Below, in pieces: positions 8,968 through 16,409 of a DNA stretch of 64,000 nt. The stretch is from Candidatus Azambacteria bacterium. Its GTDB lineage: Bacteria; Patescibacteriota; Minisyncoccia; UBA10092. Every line of letters begins with the position of its first letter. The first letter of the stretch is position 1. The notes beneath the pieces are model-generated. The model searched no databases and was not told where the DNA came from. It saw nothing but the letters and a program-made list of their open reading frames with translations. The stretch is taken from contig JACRAJ010000001.1 in the NCBI GenBank assembly GCA_016213445.1, positions 78,203-142,202 of the forward strand. Reading direction: 5' to 3'. The translations under genes and the position numbers were made by a program.

Positions 8968-9759
8968 ATGGCTTTAAAAAATTTTTTGCTCGATCTCATT
9001 TTCCCGAGATATTGCCCGGGCTGTAAAAAAGAAATAGCCTCGAACCGGCTATCGCCAATTTGCGATGATTGTTTCGATAAAATCGCCTTAAATTCCGGAA
9101 TTCAATGCCACGTTTGCGGTTTAAGAAACAATTATAGTGATTGCCTCCCTGCGAGAGACATTCCGGAGGGACACAAAAAATGCCAAAAAGAAACATCGCT
9201 CCAAGGAATTTTTTCGGCCGGCCGATATGAAGACCCGATTTTAAGAGAAATGATTCATTTATTCAAATACCAGTCCGTGGAATCGTTTAAAACACCCCTG
9301 TCGCGATTAATAATCGGTTATTTAACAAAAGAAAATTTGGCTGAAGTTTTCGGAGAAAACGGCATTGTTCTTTCGCCCATTCCCCTAACCTTGAGAAGAA
9401 AAATAAAACGCGGCTTCAACCAAAGCGAACTTTTAGCCGAAGAAATCGGCAAATTTTTAAATTGCCCGGTGGCAAACTTGCTGAAAAGAAAAAAATTCTC
9501 CGGTCCCCAAGCCGAAATTTCCGATTGGAAAAAAAGAAAAGAAAATATTTTCGGCGCCTTTGCGATAAACGAACCGATTTTTCCGATTTTGACAAAAACC
9601 GCCGCTTGCCGGCGGCGGGCGGCAAATTTCGACGGCATCAAAAAAGTGATTCTGGTTGACGATGTTTCAACCAGCGGCGCCACTTTGGAAGAAGCGGCCC
9701 GCGTCTTAAAAAACGCGGGCATAAAAGAAGTTTATGGGATAGTGGCGGCTAAGGGATGA
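8968..9759 (+). CDS. comFC: ComF family protein (zinc-ribbon plus phosphoribosyltransferase domain)
   Basis: N-terminal CPGC...CDDC...CHVC cysteines and a PRTase motif VILVDDVSTSGATLEE. Confidence 0.8.
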   Translation: MALKNFLLDLIFPRYCPGCKKEIASNRLSPICDDCFDKIALNSGIQCHVCGLRNNYSDCLPARDIPEGHKKCQKETSLQGIFSAGRYEDPILREMIHLFKYQSVESFKTPLSRLIIGYLTKENLAEVFGENGIVLSPIPLTLRRKIKRGFNQSELLAEEIGKFLNCPVANLLKRKKFSGPQAEISDWKKRKENIFGAFAINEPIFPILTKTAACRRRAANFDGIKKVILVDDVSTSGATLEEAARVLKNAGIKEVYGIVAAKG

Positions 9760-9768
9760 AAAAACAAC

Positions 9769-9823
9769 AAAAATGCTTTTAATTACCTCGGAATAATCTC
9801 CCTCCAATCGGGCAGAGCGAGAG
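9769..9823 (-). repeat. orphan gene-3'-end fragment (...LALPDWREIIPR*) plus shared 3' flank; copy 1
   Basis: 53/55 nt match to 11381-11435 (two substitutions). The core cctcggaataatctccctccaat also forms the true 3' end of the CDS at 11978. Confidence 0.8.
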
Positions 9824-9872
9824 ATGAAACTTTGATATTGGCAATCTTTAATTTCACCATTAAATCCGGCGC

Positions 9873-11108
9873 TTACAGCTTAAAATCGCTTTTTCCCAAA
9901 GTTGAAATGAAAAGATTGTCTTCGGTTAGATATTTTTTCTTGGCGTCAAGAATGTTCCGATAGGTCGCTTTTTTTATAATGCCGATATAATCTTTCGGAG
10001 TTATAAGTTTGCCGTGTAAATTCCAAAATAATCCCAGAAATTTTAATTCATTTAAAGAATCATTCATCTGCCGAGCGAGAATGTTTAATGTTTGATCTTT
10101 CAATTCGGTAAAAACTTTTTTATCAAAATTTTTTTCAAAATTATTAATATTTTCCAAAATAACTTTAATGGCTTTCAAGGGTTTAGTGGTTGAAGTTTCA
10201 ATAGAAAACAAAAATGCGTCCCTGTGCGCGCTAATACTTGAGGAAATATTGTAAACCAATCCTCTTTTTTGGCGCAATTCTTGATTAAGAATCGAACTGG
10301 ATCCGTAACTTAAATAATTTTTTACAATTTCAAAAATTGAATATTCTTTTATGCCGATGGCCGGGCAAACAAAATCAAAAATGAGCTGGCTTTGCGAATT
10401 GTTTTTTTCGATATGCATGCGCCTGTCGCGCGCGCCCGGCGGCGACTTTAAATTATCAAATTCAAATCCCCGTTTCCAATTGTTAAAAAATCTATCGGTT
10501 AATTTTAAAATTTTATTATGCGAAATATTGCCCGTAACAATAATCGCCGAACGATTGGGAATAAAAAATTTTTCATGATATTCCCTCAGATTTTCGGCTT
10601 TCGCTTTTAATATCGATTCTTCTTCGCCCAGCGGATCTTGCGCAAGAGGATGGTTTTGAAATATTTTTTTGTATGTTTCTTTCCAAAGATACTTAAAATA
10701 ATCGTCGGACACGCGCTTTATTTCCTGAATTACAACCTGTTTTTCCGTTTCCAAAACTTTAGCGTCAATAATAGGATTCAGGATTATATCCGCTAAAAGT
10801 TCGAACATTTTCTCCGCATGCTTTCTTGCCACTTGAATAAAAAAATAAATCCGTTCCGGCCCGGTAAATGCATTGGATAAAGCGCCGACTCGATCTTTAT
10901 TAACATTAACTTTAAATGACGAGGGAAATTTTTTTGTTCCCTTGAAAAGCATGTGTTCCAAAAGATGGGCATAACCCCGCTGTTCTTTTGTCTCATAACG
11001 CGAACCGGCCCTGATCCAAACAGAAATATTAACAATTTCCGAATTCTTGTTTTCGCTTGTGATTATACTTAAACCATTAGGCAAATCTGATTTTTTATAA
11101 ATATTCAC
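9873..11108 (-). CDS. M16 family (pitrilysin/insulinase-like) zinc peptidase
   Basis: HLLEHMLFKGT inverted zinc-binding motif (HxxEH); 411 aa. Confidence 0.8.
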   Translation of the reverse strand: MNIYKKSDLPNGLSIITSENKNSEIVNISVWIRAGSRYETKEQRGYAHLLEHMLFKGTKKFPSSFKVNVNKDRVGALSNAFTGPERIYFFIQVARKHAEKMFELLADIILNPIIDAKVLETEKQVVIQEIKRVSDDYFKYLWKETYKKIFQNHPLAQDPLGEEESILKAKAENLREYHEKFFIPNRSAIIVTGNISHNKILKLTDRFFNNWKRGFEFDNLKSPPGARDRRMHIEKNNSQSQLIFDFVCPAIGIKEYSIFEIVKNYLSYGSSSILNQELRQKRGLVYNISSSISAHRDAFLFSIETSTTKPLKAIKVILENINNFEKNFDKKVFTELKDQTLNILARQMNDSLNELKFLGLFWNLHGKLITPKDYIGIIKKATYRNILDAKKKYLTEDNLFISTLGKSDFKL

Positions 11109-11185
11109 TATTATATGATAACAAAATTATATTTTTATTAAAATAATTAAGAGGAGGCGATAATGCCCCCTCTAACAGCCCTCCT

Positions 11186-11287
11186 TTAGTCATTGGAAGA
11201 ATCCGAAGAATCTTCATAACCGCTATCGCCGTCATTTTGTTCGTTGGCTGCTGCATCATCCCAATCACTATATTCGTTAGGACCCAT
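11186..11287 (-). CDS. 33-aa highly acidic micro-ORF
   Basis: Own translation: MGPNEYSDWDDAAANEQNDGDSGYEDSSDSSND. AGGAGGTG lies 6 nt upstream of the ATG and a stem-loop follows. No homology evidence. Confidence 0.3.
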   Translation of the reverse strand: MGPNEYSDWDDAAANEQNDGDSGYEDSSDSSND

Positions 11288-11380
11288 TTTACTCACCTCC
11301 TTTTAGAGTGCTACTTAAAATTAAGCCCAAGGCTTATATGTACAAATCCTACTATAAGACCTAAAAAATATCAAATTTTA

Positions 11381-11453
11381 AAAAATGCTTTTAATTACCT
11401 CGGAATAATCTCCCTCCAATTGGGCAGAGCGAGGGGGAGGGCGTCGATGTTTA
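11381..11453 (-). repeat. orphan gene-3'-end fragment (*FVNIDALPLALPNWREIIPR*) plus shared 3' flank; copy 2
   Basis: Translates in frame to a paralog of the last 19 codons of CDS 11978-12691, but a stop codon precedes it. Confidence 0.8.
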
Positions 11454-11467
11454 CGAATTAAATTGTT

Positions 11468-11710
11468 TTATTCGCTATAAAAATAAGGCCTGATTTCGCT
11501 CTCGGAAACATACACTAAAGCTTGGCGATAAATAGCTTTTATCGTCCCCTTATCCAATTCCGAATGATTGGGGATGGTGAGCGTTTGCCTTGTGCCGCCT
11601 AAAATTCTGATTAACTTAATATGGCTGCCTTTTTGGGCAGCCATAGAAAAATCAAAACCAATAAATATTTTTATTATTTCCTGGCCGGAGAGAATTTTAA
11701 GCTTTGGCAT
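11468..11710 (-). CDS. hicA: HicA-family mRNA interferase toxin
   Basis: MPKLKILSGQEIIKI...KGSHIKL...IPNH...GTIKAIYRQA matches the YcfA/HicA signature. 14-nt overlap with hicB. Confidence 0.75.
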   Translation of the reverse strand: MPKLKILSGQEIIKIFIGFDFSMAAQKGSHIKLIRILGGTRQTLTIPNHSELDKGTIKAIYRQALVYVSESEIRPYFYSE

Positions 11711-11930
11711 AAGCCGAAGAATCAACTTCCAAATTAGCTAAAACTGAAGGTTCGGCGGCCAAATCAAAATCTGATAAATTTTCTCCTTCCAATTGAAGGC
11801 TAATCGCTTCCTGAAGATTAAAAATTAGTTCGTCGAGAGTTTTTCCCTGGGTGACCACGGGTAAATCAAGACATTCCGCAATATAGTATTTATCGCCTTT
11901 ATAAACATGAACTTGTATAATTTTCTTCAT
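11697..11930 (-). CDS. hicB: HicB-family (UPF0150) antitoxin, short form
   Basis: MKKIIQVHVYKGDKYYIAECLDLPVVTQGKTLDELIFNLQEAI is a typical HicB N-domain. Confidence 0.7.
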   Translation of the reverse strand: MKKIIQVHVYKGDKYYIAECLDLPVVTQGKTLDELIFNLQEAISLQLEGENLSDFDLAAEPSVLANLEVDSSAYAKA

Positions 11931-11977
11931 AATGCGTATTTTATCACGCTTAAAAAGCGCAGGTCAATAAACAAATC

Positions 11978-12691
11978 CTACCTCGGAATAATCTCCCTCC
12001 AATTGGGCAGGGCCAACGGGGCGATGTCGATGGTTACCGAATTTGAAACCGAACCGCCCGGCCCGGAACAAGTCAAAGTGTAGGTGGCGCTGGGCGGAGG
12101 AGACGGAATAACGGTTTCACTGCCGCTTGTGGGTTTGGAACCGCTCCAAGCGCCGGAAGCAACGCAAGAAGTGGAATTGGTGCTTGACCAAGTCAAAGTT
12201 GACGATTGACCTTCAAAAATTGATGAAGGAGCGGCTAAAAGGGAAACTGTCGGCGGGCAATAGGGAGTGGTTACGTTGATGGTGTTGGAACGATTGGAAC
12301 CGCCCAAGTTATAGGCCTCAATTTGATAAGGATATGTCGTGTTCTGGCTGACGGTTGTGTCGGTGAATTGCAAAGCGGTATAAGGTTGATAAGGAGAAAT
12401 ATCAACACGAGGAGCGCCTCTTAAGATTCTATAACCATCGGCATTGGAAGAAGAGCTCCAACTTAAGGGAACTGTATTGCAGGCGACGGAGCCGCCCAGT
12501 CCGAGGCTGAAATTGCCGGGAGGGGGAACGGGCATCCATTTTGCCAAAAATCCAGCATTCCCTTCTCCAAAAACCTGGGTCTGGGCACTCGATTTAAAAG
12601 GATGGTTCAAATCAATGCTTTCAACCAAAAATATAATTACAAAAACCGAAATAATGCTTAGCCAAAAAAGCGGTTTTTTAAACAAATCCAT
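11978..12691 (-). CDS. secreted or membrane-anchored protein with FN3-like and Ig-like domains
   Basis: N-terminal hydrophobic anchor, an FN3-like stretch (PLSWSSSSNADGYRILRG...YQIEAYN) and a second beta-sandwich (STLTWSSTNSTSC...YTLTCSG). Confidence 0.6.
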   Translation of the reverse strand: MDLFKKPLFWLSIISVFVIIFLVESIDLNHPFKSSAQTQVFGEGNAGFLAKWMPVPPPGNFSLGLGGSVACNTVPLSWSSSSNADGYRILRGAPRVDISPYQPYTALQFTDTTVSQNTTYPYQIEAYNLGGSNRSNTINVTTPYCPPTVSLLAAPSSIFEGQSSTLTWSSTNSTSCVASGAWSGSKPTSGSETVIPSPPPSATYTLTCSGPGGSVSNSVTIDIAPLALPNWREIIPR

Positions 12692-12700
12692 AATCGTTTA

Positions 12701-13258
12701 TTAGCGATAGATATTTATGCGAACCGCTGTAAATTGAGCATCCAGAGGATTTGCGCTTGCGCCGGGACCAAAGCTAAAACTAACATTAACGGAATCGCCG
12801 ATTTTCAAGTCGCCGACTTTAATTTCTTTCTCGGTAGAAGGAACGGGCGGAAAAAGACCGGAAATATTTTTTATACTCTTCTGTTTTTCCAGAAATTCTT
12901 TCATTTCTTTGTCAAAAACCGCCAACTCCTTTTTTTCTATCAGAAAAATCTTGGCATTATCGCTCAACAAAACCTTTTTTTGCCGATACTCTTTAGGCAA
13001 ATTAACGCTTAAAACACGCGGAACATCAATAATAAGAGATTTCTGATCCGAAGAAATTTCCAGAATGTTGCCGGAAAGGTTATTGGCAAAATCAACGCCG
13101 CTGAAAACTTCTTTAAGCATGGTTTGACACGATTCTTGCGCAATTTTGTTTTTCCCGACAATCGATCCAAAATAATAACCCATTGCTAAAGCGACAGCGG
13201 CAATGACAATATAAATTAAGATATTTTTAATTTTATTTGATTGAATTATTTGGTCCAT
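12701..13258 (-). CDS. hypothetical membrane-anchored protein
   Basis: Single N-terminal TM helix, no recognisable motif. Codirectional with its neighbours. Confidence 0.5.
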   Translation of the reverse strand: MDQIIQSNKIKNILIYIVIAAVALAMGYYFGSIVGKNKIAQESCQTMLKEVFSGVDFANNLSGNILEISSDQKSLIIDVPRVLSVNLPKEYRQKKVLLSDNAKIFLIEKKELAVFDKEMKEFLEKQKSIKNISGLFPPVPSTEKEIKVGDLKIGDSVNVSFSFGPGASANPLDAQFTAVRINIYR

Positions 13259-13339
13259 AAGTATAAATTTTTATTGGATCTTCAATAATTTGCGCAACCT
13301 CCGATGTTATATATTTATTGTCGACGCGATAATTTTGAA

Positions 13340-13882
13340 CTAATTGCAAAAATGCCACTCACACGGTTCATCTCCTCCACTACTACAGCCGCCGGCTGTA
13401 GTATAGTTAAAAGACACAGAACACCCGGCTGGACACGAAAATCCTCCCGTAAATTGATTTGGTAGCCACGCCTGTCCGCCTCTTTGGGTTATATAAAATC
13501 CACAATATTTTACCTGACTTGCCCATCTGCCGATAGAATTAATGTAATAATCGTTTGCCCACATATTATTCGGGGTAAATATCCAATCACTCGCGTGAAT
13601 ATCTCCGGCAACATCTAATTTTGTGATCGGACCCGCAGTCCCGATGCCAACATTAGAGCCGTTGTCGTAAATTATTGAATTGCCAATCTGATTAGTGTCG
13701 CTAAAAGCGGCGAGATAATTAACCGAGCCTGCGCCCGTGATGGATTGAACCGCGGCAATGGCTTTTTTGACAAATGAGGGAAGTTTTGTTTGGCTGACAT
13801 TAATGCTGACAACCAGTAAAAAAATAAGGGTTAATAAAAAAATATTGATATAAAAAAGAGGATTTTTGAATAATGATTTCAT
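13340..13882 (-). CDS. hypothetical secreted Cys-rich protein (tail-fibre-like N-terminal motif)
   Basis: Signal anchor, IGNSIIYDNGSNVGIGTAGPITKLDVAG motif and a C-terminus carrying 7 Cys. Confidence 0.5.
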   Translation of the reverse strand: MKSLFKNPLFYINIFLLTLIFLLVVSINVSQTKLPSFVKKAIAAVQSITGAGSVNYLAAFSDTNQIGNSIIYDNGSNVGIGTAGPITKLDVAGDIHASDWIFTPNNMWANDYYINSIGRWASQVKYCGFYITQRGGQAWLPNQFTGGFSCPAGCSVSFNYTTAGGCSSGGDEPCEWHFCN

Positions 13883-14011
13883 TTGTATTGATTAATTATT
13901 TAATGATAATTAATAATGATGAATCTATAAATTCACAACTACGGCATATATATGTAAATTATATCACATGGCAAATAAATAAACCTGTGTATAACATTTT
14001 CGGATTTAAAT

Positions 14012-14042
14012 AAAAAAGGGTTAGATAAAAAATATCTAACCC
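14012..14042 (-). terminator. rho-independent terminator after the lipoprotein gene
   Basis: 9-bp stem gggttagat/atctaaccc followed by a T-run on the minus strand. Confidence 0.6.
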
Positions 14043-14049
14043 CATTGCT

Positions 14050-14943
14050 TCAACTCGCCGGCACAGGCGCGCCGGGAACAAGTTCGAAATATAAAATTTT
14101 CATCGCCGCCGCGGCGACAGGGTTTATGCTCGTCGCGTCAATAATAATATCATCAGCCCAGGACCAAATGCCCAAGCTCCTGCCAATTTCTCTGGCGATC
14201 AAGATCTTATTGTTGCCACTTACAGTGGCAACAGCGGCGTTGTACGCCAGAGTTGTTGAATTCACCCAAGTCTGCGTGCCGAAAGACGCGCCGTATTCAA
14301 AAAATACGACGCCGTTTTTTCCTGCTGTATCCACGCTGTTTTCAGCGCTGGGAACAACATTAAACGTTATTCCCGTGTATTTTTTCCAAAACTCCGCCGC
14401 CTGCTGATAAACAGGAAAATAGCCGCCATCGACTATTTCCTTGCTTACTTCCAGCGTAATGGGCAACACTGCCCAACGGCGAACACCGGAAAAATGAAAT
14501 GGGCCATTGTTCATGTTGTGATCAATCAAGAACTGCAGAGCCTGTTTCCGCAGTTCAGCCGGGTCAACCTTTACCGAAACCGTCGCGGCAGTCGTGGCTC
14601 CGGAAGTATTGGTTGCCACCGCCTTGAGCGTGTGGGTTCCGGCAGCTAAGGTGCCCGCGTCAAAATCAAAGCTGTGTATCCCCCGAACTTCAGGGGAGTC
14701 CGTAGCCACCAAAACATCGTCAACAAAAAACTGCGTATTGACGATGCCTGTTCCAGCAACCCCAACCTCGGCGGTCATTAATCCGCCAACTAATTGATTT
14801 CCTCTGGGATAGAGGAAACTCACCGAAAGCGGAATCTCTTTTCCGCCTCCGCCTCCACTTGCTTCACCACCGCCACCCCCGCCTCCGCCGCCACAGGCGA
14901 CAAAAGCCAACGGCAACAACAGCAATATCCGCCATTTTTTCAT
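14050..14943 (-). CDS. lipoprotein with poly-Gly linker and Ig-like domain (GC-rich, probably acquired)
   Basis: Lipobox LAFVAC, then GGGGGGGGGEASGGGGG. Visibly GC-richer than the flanks. Confidence 0.65.
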   Translation of the reverse strand: MKKWRILLLLPLAFVACGGGGGGGGGEASGGGGGKEIPLSVSFLYPRGNQLVGGLMTAEVGVAGTGIVNTQFFVDDVLVATDSPEVRGIHSFDFDAGTLAAGTHTLKAVATNTSGATTAATVSVKVDPAELRKQALQFLIDHNMNNGPFHFSGVRRWAVLPITLEVSKEIVDGGYFPVYQQAAEFWKKYTGITFNVVPSAENSVDTAGKNGVVFFEYGASFGTQTWVNSTTLAYNAAVATVSGNNKILIAREIGRSLGIWSWADDIIIDATSINPVAAAAMKILYFELVPGAPVPAS

Positions 14944-15059
14944 CTCACACCTCCGCGCTATTCGCGCTTGTTTAAAACTAAATTATTTAAAAGATCGGAA
15001 ACCAATCTTGTTCAAAGCGTATAATCAAAAGCCATGATTTGTCAAGTTTTTGTAATGGT

Positions 15060-15695
15060 TCAATAGCTTCTGACCACCTATGAGGTAAAATGCTATGTAT
15101 ATGCCATATACAAATAATCCCAATCTTCCCCGTGTTCGCATGCAAGCGGTTGAGCTGGTGCGGCAAGGGAGAAGTGTTAGAGAAGTCGCCCGTCATTTCG
15201 GATTCGCTCACAATACCGTTCTTAATTGGTTGAAGAGAGCGCCGGAGTATGGGCCATGGTCAATTGGTAATTTCGACTAGATCATCGAGACCTCGCCACC
15301 ACCCAAAAGAACTGCCAATGGAAATTGTTTCCCGCATTCTCACACTGAGAGCCGAACGCAATCAATGCGCTGAAATCATCCATTACAGATTGAAGAAAGA
15401 AGGAATCATAGCAAGCGTCTCATCGGTTAAAAGAGTGTTTCATCGCCTTGGATTAAGCCGGTATTCAAAGTGGAAGAAATGGCATCGGTATCCGCCTCGT
15501 CCGATGCCGGAAAAGCCCGGAGGAAAGATTCATTAGGACTTTGCAGGATGAATGCTTACATCGCATTTCAAGGAATTTTGAGGTTTGGAAAAAAGAAATT
15601 CCCGAATTTCTTCACTACTACAATACCGAAAGACCGCACATGGGAATCAATTATCAAACACCGATTGAAATTATTAAATGGTCAGAAGCTATTGA
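15060..15695 (+). mobile_element. decayed IS (rve/IS481-like) bounded by 17-bp perfect inverted repeats
   Basis: tcaatagcttctgacca at 15060-15076 is the reverse complement of 15679-15695. The transposase remnant lies inside. Confidence 0.65.
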
Positions 15696-15699
15696 TTAG
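15095..15699 (+). pseudogene. transposase pseudogene: HTH N-terminus, frameshift, DDE core deleted, conserved C-terminal tail retained
   Basis: Three frames: ...VRQGRSVREVARHFG..., ...RSSRPRHHPKELP...PEKPG, then LQDEC...FLHYYNTERPHMGINYQTPIEII*. No catalytic core lies between PEKPG and LQDEC. Confidence 0.7.
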
Positions 15700-15744
15700 A
15701 AAACATCACTCGCCTGAAACGATTTTATTTGCCCGGATCCAATG

Positions 15745-15769
15745 AAAAAGGCCCCGCTGTTGCGGGGCC
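15745..15769 (-). terminator. rho-independent terminator
   Basis: ggccccgc-tgtt-gcggggcc followed by a T-run on the minus strand, 10 nt after the stop of the 15780 ORF. Confidence 0.7.
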
Positions 15770-15779
15770 GGAAAGGCGT

Positions 15780-16043
15780 CTAAAATAATTTTGGCGACGC
15801 TGTTTGTTTTCGGCGGCGACGACGGCTTTCGAAAATCGCAGTCGCCTGCCTGCAAACGGCGTCAAAAACTTCTTTTGAAACCCAGCATTGCGCCGGGTTA
15901 TGAATCTGGGCGTCGGGCTTCCCTCGCCCGATTAATTTTACTCTCCCATTGCTGGCGGGAGCGAAAGTAAACCTTATGCCCGACGCGAGAATATAAACCC
16001 GGTCCGACAATACCTTTAAAACTTTAATATTGTCAAAAGTCAA
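15780..16043 (-). CDS. hypothetical protein with Arg-rich tail
   Basis: 87-aa ORF with a TTG start preceded by aaggggggtga and a terminator downstream. No recognisable family. Confidence 0.4.
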   Translation of the reverse strand: MTFDNIKVLKVLSDRVYILASGIRFTFAPASNGRVKLIGRGKPDAQIHNPAQCWVSKEVFDAVCRQATAIFESRRRRRKQTASPKLF

Positions 16044-16258
16044 TCAAATCACCCCCCTTTCCGTCAATACGGAATAATTCTTTTCGGAAAACGAAGCATC
16101 ATATTTTCCGTTATGCCTCCCGAAGTTTTTTCTTCATCTCCTCCTAATTTAAATTTAAAATTAAAGACCTGATTACTATCTACCATATTTCATTAATTTT
16201 GTAAAGCAGGAGTTTTGTTTTACAAATTTTCAGTTTTTATGTAAAATATCGGCATTCT

Positions 16259-16345
16259 GGAGGCGTGGCAGAGCGGCTTAATGCAGCATCCTGCTAAGAT
16301 GTTGTGTCCGAAAGGGCACCGGAGGTTCGAATCCTCCCGCCTCCG
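16259..16345 (+). tRNA. tRNA-Ser (anticodon GCU), type II long variable arm
   Basis: Hand-folded: acceptor ggaggcg/cgcctcc, anticodon loop CT-GCT-AA, variable arm gtgtccgaaagggcacc, T-loop ggaggttcgaatcctcc. Confidence 0.9.
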
Positions 16346-16409
16346 CAGACAACATTTTTTATCGAGAGACCGCCCCGATCGAGGCGGTTGCGAGACAAAA
16401 ACAATAAGC

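Noticed and set aside
9769-12036. Possibility that the repeated gene-3'-end copies are the template and variable repeats of a diversity-generating retroelement.
   Set aside because: No reverse transcriptase is present in the window. The repeats are short (30-70 nt), and the differences between copies (c/t, a/g) are not adenine-specific.
16100-16146. Mini leader ORF (MKKKLREA) plus hairpin upstream of the 87-aa ORF, as a possible attenuator.
   Set aside because: The SD-to-ATG spacing is only about 2 nt and there is no terminator/antiterminator alternative. The evidence is insufficient.
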